A stretch of 62,618 nt of DNA from positions 1 to 62,618 of the forward strand of contig CAKOYE010000002.1 in NCBI GenBank assembly GCA_934130485.1, read 5' to 3'. Below, piece by piece: positions 28,026-38,103 of this stretch (position 1 is the first letter of the stretch; the number at the start of each line of letters is the position of its first letter). The DNA is from an uncultured Bacilli bacterium (GTDB lineage: Bacteria; Bacillota_I; Bacilli_A; RF39; UBA660). The notes below the pieces were generated by a model. The model saw only the letters and a list, made by a program, of their open reading frames with translations. It made no database searches and was not told the DNA's origin. Made by a program: the position numbers and the translations under genes.

Positions 28026-28970
28026 TTAATTTTTTTTATTTTTTGTTGTAATAACTTCTTTAGCAATATAAATTGGTCTTTTTTTATTTTCAATATAAGT
28101 ACGAGCTAAATATTCACCAATTATACCTAAAGATAATAACTGAATACCACCTAGTAATAAAGCAATTCCAATTAAGGAAGCATATCCAGGTACATCAATA
28201 CCACAAATAAACGTTTGAACAATCACTATAATAAAGTAAATGAATGAACCGAAAGAAATTAAAAGACCTAATATTGTCGCAATTCTAAGTGGCGTTGTCG
28301 TAAATGAAACAATACCATCAATCGCATATTTAAACAACTTCCAAAATGACCATTTACTTGTTCCGTTCGCCCTTTCAGAAACTTGATATGGCATATAATA
28401 GGTGTTAAACCCTACCCAACTAAATATTCCCTTAGAAAAACGATAATACTCCTGCATACTTAGTATTGCGTCAACCATATTTCTTCTAAACATTCTAAAA
28501 TCGCTTGCACCATTGACAAATTCAACCTCAGAAATTTTGTTTATTAACTTGTAGAACATTCTCTTAAAAGCTGATAAAACTTTACCTTCTTTTCTGACCT
28601 CTTGATAAGCCGCTACACTATCAAAAGAAGGATCATTTTCTAATATTCCAAGCATTTTTAATACAAGAGAAGGATTTTGTTGCATATCGGCATCAATTAT
28701 AGTTACATAATCTCCACTTGACTCTTTTAATCCCGCATACATTGCTGCTTCCTTACCAAAATTTCTAGAAAAATTTACAACCTTAATATTTGCCTCATCT
28801 TTTTCAACTAATTTTTTTAACTCTAATATAGTATTATCTTTTGAACCGTCATTTACAAAAATCATTTCATAAGATATTTTTTTATTATAGAGCATTTTAA
28901 CAATTGTATTATGAATAATTTCGACATTCTTTTCCTCATTATAACAAGGAATTACAATAGATAACTTCAT
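28026..28970 (-). CDS. GT2 polyprenyl-phosphate glycosyltransferase (GtrB/CsbB-like)
   Basis: MKLSIVIPCYNEEKN...IFVNDGSKDNT...IDADMQ, plus two C-terminal TM helices. The 314-aa length fits the family. Confidence 0.8.
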   Translation of the reverse strand: MKLSIVIPCYNEEKNVEIIHNTIVKMLYNKKISYEMIFVNDGSKDNTILELKKLVEKDEANIKVVNFSRNFGKEAAMYAGLKESSGDYVTIIDADMQQNPSLVLKMLGILENDPSFDSVAAYQEVRKEGKVLSAFKRMFYKLINKISEVEFVNGASDFRMFRRNMVDAILSMQEYYRFSKGIFSWVGFNTYYMPYQVSERANGTSKWSFWKLFKYAIDGIVSFTTTPLRIATILGLLISFGSFIYFIIVIVQTFICGIDVPGYASLIGIALLLGGIQLLSLGIIGEYLARTYIENKKRPIYIAKEVITTKNKKN

Positions 28971-28979
28971 TTTAACCTC

Positions 28980-30467
28980 CTAATCACTGATAGAATCTAA
29001 ATAAACTAATTTAACACTTTTTTCTGCTGGTATATTATAATACTCTTTAAATGTAAACATATGCCAATCATTCCAAGCATTAGCATTCCATAAATAAAAT
29101 TCCGGCAAAATTATAATTTCAATTTCAGATTTATTTTCACTCAACTGTTTTTTTATGTATTCTTCACGTTTTAAATCCAAATTATAACAATATATATAAT
29201 GCTTAATAAATAAACCCATTAAAGTAATACAAAATAAGCCACTTATAATTAGAATTTTATTATTACAAAATAATTTAATATTTAAATTATCTAAAAGTAT
29301 TATAACACAAATATAAAGCATTATGGTAGATAAAAAAGAAGTTCTTCCTCCTGCAAGTGGAGAAATTAACATAGCAGCATTATTTATAAGTGCGATTAAG
29401 AAGAAAAATAAAATTTTATAATTATCATTTTTATTAAATTTTATTACAAAATAAATTAAAAGTACTAAAAATAAAACCCAATAAATAAATATAAAAATAG
29501 AAGAACAATCAATAAAAACCATTAATCTATTTATATATCTATCAAATATAACATAATAAGTATTTGCTAATACAGTTATTAAAGGAATAACACTTACAAA
29601 TAGCATTAGTAAAATTTTCTTTATACCTTTATAATTTTTAAAAATATTATATATTAAATAAACTAATACTAAACAAATAAAGAAACTATTTTTTATAAAC
29701 ACATAATTCATTTGTCTTGGAAATGATATAAGTAGTTTTGAAAATAAACTGAGTGATGAAAAAGATTCCATATCATCAATTCTATTTTTCGTACCAGGAC
29801 TATTTAACATCAAGTATAAACCTATCATAGAACTTAATAAAGAAAATATTAAAGGATAATTAATTTTTTTATATTTTTTATAATCATATATCAAAATTAA
29901 TATAATCGTTGTAATAATACCAACACTTACATTTTCAACAAACATACTAAATACAAAACTTAAAATTGGTAAAACAATTAACCAAATTTTATTATATTTA
30001 AAATTAGTGTTTTTTTCTTCAAATATGTCTCTATTTATATAAATAATAAATATCATAAATAAAAAAGGAATAAAATAAGTAGTATTTCCTGTTATCCAGA
30101 CATATATTTGTGAAAAAGTTTCTCTATCAACCAATAATAAACAAAGAAATGTGAGTAAAAACATAAAAATTTTATTACTTTTAATTGATACTTTAGTCAT
30201 AAAATAATATAAAAATACCATTCCAAAAGCATTTATAATAACCCAAAGTGGCTTATAATAATTAAACAAAAATACAAAAATTCTACTAAAAAATCTTCCT
30301 TCAAATGAATTATAATTAAAAATTGCAGATTGAATTATAAATTTTAAATTACCATTATGATTAATTAAATTATTCCAGTCGTCACCTGTATAAGGAATCA
30401 AAAAACCAATACTCAAAAAAAATACAAAAATTATTAATAATATAATTTTTAAATACTTCTTATTCAT
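28980..30467 (-). CDS. Polytopic membrane protein, probable GT-C type glycosyltransferase (DUF6056-like)
   Basis: 495 aa with more than 10 TM segments. The N-terminal loop YTGDDWNN...EGRFFSR is shared with its paralogue at 30962..32425. Confidence 0.55.
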   Translation of the reverse strand: MNKKYLKIILLIIFVFFLSIGFLIPYTGDDWNNLINHNGNLKFIIQSAIFNYNSFEGRFFSRIFVFLFNYYKPLWVIINAFGMVFLYYFMTKVSIKSNKIFMFLLTFLCLLLVDRETFSQIYVWITGNTTYFIPFLFMIFIIYINRDIFEEKNTNFKYNKIWLIVLPILSFVFSMFVENVSVGIITTIILILIYDYKKYKKINYPLIFSLLSSMIGLYLMLNSPGTKNRIDDMESFSSLSLFSKLLISFPRQMNYVFIKNSFFICLVLVYLIYNIFKNYKGIKKILLMLFVSVIPLITVLANTYYVIFDRYINRLMVFIDCSSIFIFIYWVLFLVLLIYFVIKFNKNDNYKILFFFLIALINNAAMLISPLAGGRTSFLSTIMLYICVIILLDNLNIKLFCNNKILIISGLFCITLMGLFIKHYIYCYNLDLKREEYIKKQLSENKSEIEIIILPEFYLWNANAWNDWHMFTFKEYYNIPAEKSVKLVYLDSISD

Positions 30468-30943
30468 AAATTTTCAATGCACTCTACTATTGTATTTCTA
30501 AAATTTTCAACATTACTTTTATATTTTTTAGGTTCAAAATTAACAGATTTTTCTATTAAATCACCAAGTAAATCAAAATTATCTAGTTTCATTATATAAC
30601 CGCTTGCTGAAAAATTATCAATTATTTGTAATTGATGGTCATTAATATGCTCTTTATACTTTTTTAATCTTGCAGCAGCAATTACTTTTTTATTATTTTT
30701 AAGTCCTGCTATAATACTTCCAACACCACCATGAGTAATTAATAAATCACATTGTTTTATAAGTTTATCAAAATCGTCCATCGGAATTAAGTCGAAAATT
30801 TCCATATCTTTAGATTCAAATTTAGTGCAACCAGCTTGTACTACTACTTTATCTTTAATTATACCTAAATCGATTTGTTTTTGAATTGCGATAAGCAATC
30901 TTGAAAAAGATTTATCTTGAGTACCTAATGTAACTAAAATCAT
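30464..30943 (-). CDS. PssE/Cps14G-like (Alg13-like) glycosyltransferase subunit
   Basis: 159 aa. MILVTLGTQ...LLITHGGVGSIIAGL is characteristic of a GT28 C-terminal domain. Confidence 0.75.
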   Translation of the reverse strand: MILVTLGTQDKSFSRLLIAIQKQIDLGIIKDKVVVQAGCTKFESKDMEIFDLIPMDDFDKLIKQCDLLITHGGVGSIIAGLKNNKKVIAAARLKKYKEHINDHQLQIIDNFSASGYIMKLDNFDLLGDLIEKSVNFEPKKYKSNVENFRNTIVECIENL

Positions 30944-30961
30944 AATTCAATCCTCCTAAAA

Positions 30962-32425
30962 TTATTTAAAAATAATATTTGTATTTTCATCTAAATCATA
31001 ATAATCTAAAAAATATTTATATGTGAACCAATCTTTAGTAGGTTCATTTATATCAATATGATAGTTGCCATATTTTTCTGGTATTTTAGTTAATATTAAA
31101 TCACCATTACGAGTATTTTTATATTCTTCAATTTCTTTTAATCTTTCAGAATAATAATTGCCTATTTTAGTATATACATAGATTTCATTACCACATAAAG
31201 TTAAAAATGGTAATAAAATTATTATAATAAATATACGGTTTTCCTTAAATTTATTTAATATGTCTAAATAATTTAGAGTATATACAAAATAAAAAATCAT
31301 ATATAAATAAAAGTAATAATTTGGTCTTGCCGCATAATACAATGGTGTTAAAATATTAAAAAATATAACAGCGTACATAGCTAAACTAAGATTTAAAAAT
31401 TCTGTTTTATTATTTTTGATATGACAATAAAATTCACCATTAACTAATAATAAAGTAAGGGTAAAATATAACCAATTATTATTAACAAAGTAAATCAAAA
31501 CTATATTAATAATTATAATTAAAATAGAAATATTTGAATATTTTGTGTTTAATTTACGTAAATTAGCAATAACCGAGAAAATAAATATATATGGTAAAAT
31601 ATTATATATATTAGTTAAATTAAATAGATTTTTAGAAACAACCGGTATTGAAGTTAAAAGTTTTTGAATTAAACTTAAACTACTCCATCCCTCATCACTT
31701 CCCATTCTTAATGCTGTTGAAGGAGATAAAAGTAAAACTAAACTTCCTAAAAATCCTAAAAAATAAATAAAATACGAATAATCAATTTTTTTATTTTTTA
31801 TAATTGATAATACAAAGTTGCAAATTACAAAGCAAATTGTAAATACCATCGTACATTCACAAATGGCGCACAATATCGCAATAATAATAGTATTTACTAT
31901 TTTATATTTACAAAATCCGTATTTATAAAACAAATATAAAATAATTGACAAAAATGTAAATACCCACACATAATTAATAGATCCTGCTACCCAATATATG
32001 ACCCATTTATAATTTATCATTAAAAGAAAACAACTTATAAATATAATTACTGATAAAAAATTATTAAAATTTTTAGTTTTTAATTTTATAATTTTAAGTA
32101 ACATTACTATACTAATTACTATCATTAAAGAATTTAAAATAGACCATAAACTTTTACCAAATATTAAAACACTTTGTAATATACAATGAACAAAAAATCT
32201 AGCATTCAAATTTTTATAATCGGCAAGTTGATTCGCTAGTACTTGTCCTAAACTAGTAATTCTATCGCTTCCCCTATAAAGAAAAGAATAAGGTAAGTCA
32301 TCATTAGCAACAAAAGTATTAAAATGTGTATATACTAAAATTAAAAATAAAAAAAAGGCAACAATGTAAATACTTTTATTTTCTCTAACTTCTTTCTTAA
32401 TAAAATTTATCATTAGTAAATCCAT
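30962..32425 (-). CDS. Polytopic membrane protein, paralogue of 28980..30467 (DUF6056-like)
   Basis: 487 aa, multi-TM. It has the VANDDLPY...NARFFVH loop equivalent. Confidence 0.55.
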   Translation of the reverse strand: MDLLMINFIKKEVRENKSIYIVAFFLFLILVYTHFNTFVANDDLPYSFLYRGSDRITSLGQVLANQLADYKNLNARFFVHCILQSVLIFGKSLWSILNSLMIVISIVMLLKIIKLKTKNFNNFLSVIIFISCFLLMINYKWVIYWVAGSINYVWVFTFLSIILYLFYKYGFCKYKIVNTIIIAILCAICECTMVFTICFVICNFVLSIIKNKKIDYSYFIYFLGFLGSLVLLLSPSTALRMGSDEGWSSLSLIQKLLTSIPVVSKNLFNLTNIYNILPYIFIFSVIANLRKLNTKYSNISILIIIINIVLIYFVNNNWLYFTLTLLLVNGEFYCHIKNNKTEFLNLSLAMYAVIFFNILTPLYYAARPNYYFYLYMIFYFVYTLNYLDILNKFKENRIFIIIILLPFLTLCGNEIYVYTKIGNYYSERLKEIEEYKNTRNGDLILTKIPEKYGNYHIDINEPTKDWFTYKYFLDYYDLDENTNIIFK

Positions 32426-32892
32426 CCTCCGTAAATTGCATTAGGATAAAATTCTAACATACCTTCCCACTGTACAATAAATTTATCTGCGATAGGATAA
32501 ACCATTTTACCTGATTTAGTAGGGCCTTCGCTGTTAGCAAAAGTTTCAATAAAAATAACTTTTTTCTTAAATATGTGGGCTATATAACACATAGGAACAG
32601 TGTTATGTGCACCAGTTGTAATTACAACATCAGGTTTTATTTTAAGAAAAAAATATAAAGATTTAATACAATTACCAATAAATTTAAAAGGATAAATTAT
32701 TTTTGAAGCAAATGCTGTATAAGTTCCAGGAATTAAATAAAAAACTCTCCCAGGATGTTTACTCTTAAGTCCCATATTACTTTTTGTTTTTTCAGTAATT
32801 AATGTATAATCATAATTTTTAAAAATAGGACTTAGTTGTAATAATTCACTCAAATGTCCACCAGTACTGGCAATAAACATAACTTTTTTCAT
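32413..32892 (-). CDS. PssD/Cps14F-like (Alg14-like) glycosyltransferase subunit
   Basis: 159 aa, starting MKKVMFIASTGGHLSELLQL. Confidence 0.75.
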   Translation of the reverse strand: MKKVMFIASTGGHLSELLQLSPIFKNYDYTLITEKTKSNMGLKSKHPGRVFYLIPGTYTAFASKIIYPFKFIGNCIKSLYFFLKIKPDVVITTGAHNTVPMCYIAHIFKKKVIFIETFANSEGPTKSGKMVYPIADKFIVQWEGMLEFYPNAIYGGWIY

Positions 32893-32905
32893 AATTCACT
32901 TCCTT

Positions 32906-34009
32906 TTAATTTAAAATCTCTAACCATTTTTCTTTAATAATATCTATACTATATTTTAAACTCTTCTTAATCGCATTATTACCCATAACAATACGTCTAT
33001 TCTCATTTTTAATTAAATCTATTATTTTTTTTGCCATCTTTTCTTTATCAAGATTATCAATTAAATATCCGTCCCAGTTATTACTAATAATTTCTCTAGC
33101 GCCTGGAGAGGCAGAAAAAGCAACACATGGTAATCCATACGAAAACGCTTCTAAAATTGGCATACCAAAAGCATCAGTTAAAGAACTCGCTACATAAATT
33201 GAAGATTTTTCTAACATTTTATTGATAAATTTTTTATCTTTAAATCCGTGTAAAATAACATTATTTTCTAACTTATATACTTTTATTCTATCTAAGATAT
33301 TATCTCTTTCAATCCCATCTCCAATAACATTTAATTGCCAATCAGGACATTTTAAACTTACATATTTAAAAATTTCAATTAAATCTACATATCCTTTTTC
33401 TTTAGAAAGTTTACCAATTGTAACAATACTTTTGTTATCCTTTTTAAGGGTACTATCAGGAATACTTTCTAGGGCATTTGGAATATATATACATCTACAC
33501 TTATTATTATGAATTTTTTCTAAATAAAATTCCTGTAAATATTTAGAAACTAATACAAAATAATCTAGATTTTTAACGGATTTTATAACATTTTTTATAT
33601 ATTTTTTATTACTTTCAGGATCAGTATGTTCCCAAAATATCTTAGTAATATTTTTAGTACAAAACTTATTCATAGAATTATTATATTTTAAATTTGTAGA
33701 AATAATAATATCACTATCACATTTCTTCATATGTTTTTTTACTAATTTTTTCTCAATTATAGTATCATATATTTTATAAAATAATTTTTTAATTGGATTT
33801 TTTTCGTGTCTAAATTTCATATCTGCGTGATTGATTAAATATGTTAATTTAATATTTTTATCCAATTTAAAAACTGGTGAATCAGTTCTTTTATAAACAG
33901 ATACAATTTCAACTTCATAATTGTTAGTTAAACTATTAGATAATGTTGTTAGAGCATTTTCAACTCCTCCATAACCTAAATGTAAAGTAATAAAAGTGAT
34001 TTTTTTCAT
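32906..34009 (-). CDS. GT4-family (GT-B) glycosyltransferase
   Basis: 367 aa. The C-terminal segment has the typical E-x7-E region: SLTDAFGMPILEAFSYGLPCVA. Confidence 0.75.
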   Translation of the reverse strand: MKKITFITLHLGYGGVENALTTLSNSLTNNYEVEIVSVYKRTDSPVFKLDKNIKLTYLINHADMKFRHEKNPIKKLFYKIYDTIIEKKLVKKHMKKCDSDIIISTNLKYNNSMNKFCTKNITKIFWEHTDPESNKKYIKNVIKSVKNLDYFVLVSKYLQEFYLEKIHNNKCRCIYIPNALESIPDSTLKKDNKSIVTIGKLSKEKGYVDLIEIFKYVSLKCPDWQLNVIGDGIERDNILDRIKVYKLENNVILHGFKDKKFINKMLEKSSIYVASSLTDAFGMPILEAFSYGLPCVAFSASPGAREIISNNWDGYLIDNLDKEKMAKKIIDLIKNENRRIVMGNNAIKKSLKYSIDIIKEKWLEILN

Positions 34010-34072
34010 ATAGTCACCTACCTAATACTACAATAATTATACAATAAATTCATAATATAGTAAAGAAATATA

Positions 34073-35113
34073 TTAATTCCTTTTTATTAAAGGGTTTATA
34101 AATTTTGTATAAATTATATCTATGAGATAAGATAGGAAAAAAGAAAGCATAAAAATAAGTGGAACAACTATAATGCCATAAACAAATTTTTCATCAAACG
34201 TAGAAAAAATACTATTAAATTTATCATAAAATACTTTATCAACTATAAATGAAAATAAATACATTCCAAAGGATATTTCAGACGTTTTAATTACAAATTT
34301 TTTTATTTTTGTTGGTACTTTTTTAGTATTTAAGTTAAGTACTATAACAAAGAATAAAACTGAACAAATAAATGTAACCGGTCCCCTATAGTCATTAAAA
34401 TCTCTAGTTACAAAAATCTTATCATAACTTATGAAAATATAGAAAATTGAGCTAATTAAATTAAGTAAAATAAACGCTATTACTAAATATGAATTTTTAA
34501 TATTTATTTTATATTCAGATAAATATGCACCTATAAAATAATAAGTAATAGGATAAACTGGTCCCCACCAATCAGGAATAATTGTAATATGTTTTATATT
34601 TAAAGAAGAAAGAGATGTTAAAAATAATAATGTTAAAATTAAAACTTGTTTTTCTTTTTTGGATTTTAAATTATGATATATTAAGTTAAAAAAAGGTATC
34701 AAAAGAAATAGTCCAAAATACATATTTACATACCAAGAATAATCATTATAATAAACAAGATCACTATAACTAAAAATATGTCTTAAAATAGTTGCAAAAC
34801 TATCTATTTCATGAAAATAAAAATGATCAACCAATAAATAAACTATTTTAGCACTAAAAAATACAAATACAACTTTAACAATTCCTAAATAATATTTTTT
34901 TGATAACTGTTTCTTATTCATCAAATAACCAGTTAAAAGTAAAAATAAAGGCACACATATCTCAAGTACAGTTCTAAAAAAAACTGCAAGCGATAAACTA
35001 AATCCAGTTATATTTACTGCATAAAAGCCTATATTTCTAATAAAATGAATTGCAATAACGCTAAATATAGCTGCAAAGCGAATTAAGTCTAAATTAAAAT
35101 TACGTTCTTTCAT
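34073..35113 (-). CDS. Acyltransferase family 3 (O-acetyltransferase) membrane protein
   Basis: 346 aa with ~10 TM segments. The N-terminal segment NLDLIRFAAIFSVIAIHF is typical of this family. Confidence 0.7.
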   Translation of the reverse strand: MKERNFNLDLIRFAAIFSVIAIHFIRNIGFYAVNITGFSLSLAVFFRTVLEICVPLFLLLTGYLMNKKQLSKKYYLGIVKVVFVFFSAKIVYLLVDHFYFHEIDSFATILRHIFSYSDLVYYNDYSWYVNMYFGLFLLIPFFNLIYHNLKSKKEKQVLILTLLFLTSLSSLNIKHITIIPDWWGPVYPITYYFIGAYLSEYKINIKNSYLVIAFILLNLISSIFYIFISYDKIFVTRDFNDYRGPVTFICSVLFFVIVLNLNTKKVPTKIKKFVIKTSEISFGMYLFSFIVDKVFYDKFNSIFSTFDEKFVYGIIVVPLIFMLSFFLSYLIDIIYTKFINPLIKRN

Positions 35114-35135
35114 TATACCACCATATAAATTATAA

Positions 35136-36290
35136 CACGTATAATACTGATTAGTAAATGAATTAGATTTAAGAAATTTGATTATTTCTTCATTTACTAT
35201 ATAATAATTTTACATTCATTTTATAAAATGAATGTAAAATTCACGATTGAGTTTAGGCAGATTATACCAGGGGTTATAAGATCCATTTTTATGACGGCTT
35301 AGCTCTTTTCTTTTTATTGTTCTAGTTTTAGAATGTGAGGATTTAGTCCTATATAACAAGCGTGATGAGAAAATATGAAGTACAAAAGGGTTCAATCGTG
35401 TGAGAGGAAGTATGCTTTTAGCTATAGATGTAGCTAAAGGTAAAAGTATGGTAACTTTAATTAGTTCTAGTGGTGAAGTTCTAATTAATCCATATGAAAT
35501 TAATCATTCTATTAATGATTTTTCTAATTTACTTAATAGAATTAATAATCTAAAATTAGAAAATATTTCTGTAATAATAGAATCAACAGGCATATATCAT
35601 AAACCTATAGAAAGATTCTTTTTAGAAAATAATTTTAAAGTTTATACAATAAATGCTTTATCTTTTATAAGCAATTATCCACATGCAAATATAATTTCTA
35701 ATACAAGAATAGATTGCTTACAAAACTATTTTAAAAATAATAACTTTAGGTATTGGAGAAGAAAAGCTACTTTAATTAAAGAAATAGCCAAATTATCTTA
35801 TCCATCTGTATCAAAAAATGATGAACTTGTTGATATAAATAGATTTAATAACATTAAAGAAACAACTGCTTACTGTGGACTCAATCCTTCAATTAAACAA
35901 TCAGGTAAATCAATTGATATTCACGGTTCAATATCAAAATTTGGAAATAAATATATGAGAAAATTATTATTTATCAGTTTCTTAAATATTGTTAGATTAT
36001 CTTCTAAATGTCATATTGAAAATGATATTGAAATTTATTACAGAAAAAAACGTAATGAAGGTAAACATCATTACGCCGCAATCATTGCTTGCACACTAAA
36101 CTTCTACGTCAAATATTAGCTTTGTGCAAACAATTAGATAATTAGTAATCAACACCACTTGATTACTACTATAGTATATACTAAATAACACATTATTATC
36201 AAATTTTTTAAAAAATTGATAATTTCGTGTCTTTTTAGTGTGTCTATAATACCATAAAAATTTATAGTTGACAAATCTTATTTTTTTATA
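35136..36290 (+). mobile_element. Degenerate IS110-family element, copy 1 (right boundary uncertain)
   Basis: A structured ~275-nt 5' non-coding region precedes a short DEDD/Ser recombinase ORF. No terminal inverted repeats are present, as expected for IS110. Confidence 0.55.
35412..36119 (+). CDS. IS110-family transposase/recombinase, shortened (235 aa)
   Basis: MLLAIDVAKGKS and IIESTGIYH are DEDD RuvC-like motifs. The C-terminal segment is GLNPSIKQSGKSIDIHGSISKFGNKYMRKLL (Transposase_20 Ser motif). About 100 aa of the usual middle region is absent. Confidence 0.7.
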   Translation: MLLAIDVAKGKSMVTLISSSGEVLINPYEINHSINDFSNLLNRINNLKLENISVIIESTGIYHKPIERFFLENNFKVYTINALSFISNYPHANIISNTRIDCLQNYFKNNNFRYWRRKATLIKEIAKLSYPSVSKNDELVDINRFNNIKETTAYCGLNPSIKQSGKSIDIHGSISKFGNKYMRKLLFISFLNIVRLSSKCHIENDIEIYYRKKRNEGKHHYAAIIACTLNFYVKY

Positions 36291-37244
36291 TTAAATACTT
36301 CTTGATTTTAATTTTTCTTTTTCCTCTTTAAGAAGTTGTTTTACTTTATCATTAGCAGGAGTTGGATTATGACCAAATTCTTTATATGATTCAAAAAATG
36401 CATTAACGCCCTCTTGATTATAAATTAATTGAAATTTTTCCCATCTATCCGGAATCATTTTCTTTCCAATAAATTTATATAATTGTTCAGTTTCCTCTGG
36501 TTTTAAAAATGGTGAATCACATACTTTATCTTCTTGATATAAAGGATCATTTATATCTTGTAATCCCATATAATAAAATTGCTTGATTTTCTTAAATTCT
36601 TCTATTTTTTCATTAGTAATTTCATCAACATTTCCACAACCTATAGGATAAAGAAGTTTTTCCCCATTTATTTCTTTTAAAGGTAAAATACCAGTCCCAC
36701 TGCATGCACCTGATATTATTAATCTAACAATTTCTGGATGTAAAATTGAAAATCTATTTGCAAATTTTGCAGAAGCAGAAAAACCATCTATAATTATTTT
36801 TTCATCGACAATGCATCCTAATTCTTTTAATTTTGATTTACAATCATCTATCATACTCATTAATTGTAAATCGATTCTTTTTAATCCATATTTATTATAT
36901 TCTAGTGATTTAGAAGTCAACATATGTGTATAAATTCCACCTAATTCTTCGTCATAAATTCTTGGAAAGCAAGGTGTCAAAATAGGAAAATTGGTTTCAT
37001 TATTAAAATCAATAATTTTTCTATTCATGCATGCTTCAATTACATCTTCAACACCTTCCTTAATTGTGTTACTTGATTTGTTAGCATTTGCTCCCTCAAC
37101 TATTAAAATTGTACTACTATCTATATTACTAGGAATAAATAAAGTATATGGAAAATTAAACCCATTTGATTCATTAGATTCAACTAAATATAAAGATCCA
37201 GATACATTAATACTTTTATAATCAATATCTTCTATTTTTTTCAT
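36291..37244 (-). CDS. Alpha/beta-hydrolase-like protein (tentative)
   Basis: 317 aa. IIIDGFSASAKFANRF fits a nucleophile-elbow-like G-x-S-x-S. Identical to the copy at 45519..46472. Confidence 0.4.
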   Translation of the reverse strand: MKKIEDIDYKSINVSGSLYLVESNESNGFNFPYTLFIPSNIDSSTILIVEGANANKSSNTIKEGVEDVIEACMNRKIIDFNNETNFPILTPCFPRIYDEELGGIYTHMLTSKSLEYNKYGLKRIDLQLMSMIDDCKSKLKELGCIVDEKIIIDGFSASAKFANRFSILHPEIVRLIISGACSGTGILPLKEINGEKLLYPIGCGNVDEITNEKIEEFKKIKQFYYMGLQDINDPLYQEDKVCDSPFLKPEETEQLYKFIGKKMIPDRWEKFQLIYNQEGVNAFFESYKEFGHNPTPANDKVKQLLKEEKEKLKSRSI

Positions 37245-37380
37245 AAAAAATCTCCTTAATAATTTCTTTTATTATACCACAATTTTAATAAAAAAATTAA
37301 TTTAAATTACCAAGGTATTTTGCTTTTAATTTGTTAATTCTCAAAAATTTGTATTTTTTTAATATTTATTATTAATAAGA

Positions 37381-38082
37381 TTATTTTCTACTATAGTTAT
37401 TTGTGTTTTCTTCAACTAAATCACTTTTTATTCCATATTTATAATTATAATAATTTATAGATTTATTTAATAAATTTTCTTTAATAACTTTTAGTTCTAT
37501 TTTTTCTCTTAATAATACAATAAAGTTGTTTTTACCTAATGTTTCAATTAAATAGTTAACCATTAAATATGCATAATCGTAACTATCATAACTATGCATA
37601 CCAAATTCATTTTCGATTTCACTTTGACTGGGAATTGGATTATTATTTATATAGTTATCTAACAGACATTTAACACCTTTAGAATATGTACCATCTAAAT
37701 ATTTTGCAATACCTTCACTTAGCCATTCTGGTAAATATCCAAATAAATTATATTGTACAGCGTGTATTAATTCATGATAAATAACATTTTTATATTCTTC
37801 TTTAGACCATTCTTGTAGGCTAGGATTATCTTTTGGTTCAAAAAAATTTAAAGAATTGTCCTCATCTTTAAAACAAGCACACATATAATCAGGAAAATCT
37901 TTAAATCCCCTATTTTTTAATCCATCTATTAAAGATTCAATACTATCATATATGTATATAGTGCATTGTAAATCAGTTTCTTTTGCATTAAAAAAATTAA
38001 ATATTTCTTTTTTTCTATCATTTATAATTTTTAAAATAATATCTTTATAATCAGATTTACTGTTTTCAATAATAAAATTCAT
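37381..38082 (-). CDS. Peptidase-MA-like HExxH protein
   Basis: 233 aa. YHELIHAVQ...PEWLSEGIAKY fits the HExxH...EG-A arrangement. Confidence 0.55.
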   Translation of the reverse strand: MNFIIENSKSDYKDIILKIINDRKKEIFNFFNAKETDLQCTIYIYDSIESLIDGLKNRGFKDFPDYMCACFKDEDNSLNFFEPKDNPSLQEWSKEEYKNVIYHELIHAVQYNLFGYLPEWLSEGIAKYLDGTYSKGVKCLLDNYINNNPIPSQSEIENEFGMHSYDSYDYAYLMVNYLIETLGKNNFIVLLREKIELKVIKENLLNKSINYYNYKYGIKSDLVEENTNNYSRK

Positions 38083-38103
38083 CTAATCGCCCCAATCTAT
38101 AAC

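Larger units (their letters stand above)
35131..38006. repeat. Copy 1 of a ~2.9 kb direct repeat
   Basis: Matches 44361..47234 with an offset of 9230 then 9228 nt. The encoded 239-, 317- and 233-aa products are identical except at the extreme ends. Confidence 0.9.
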
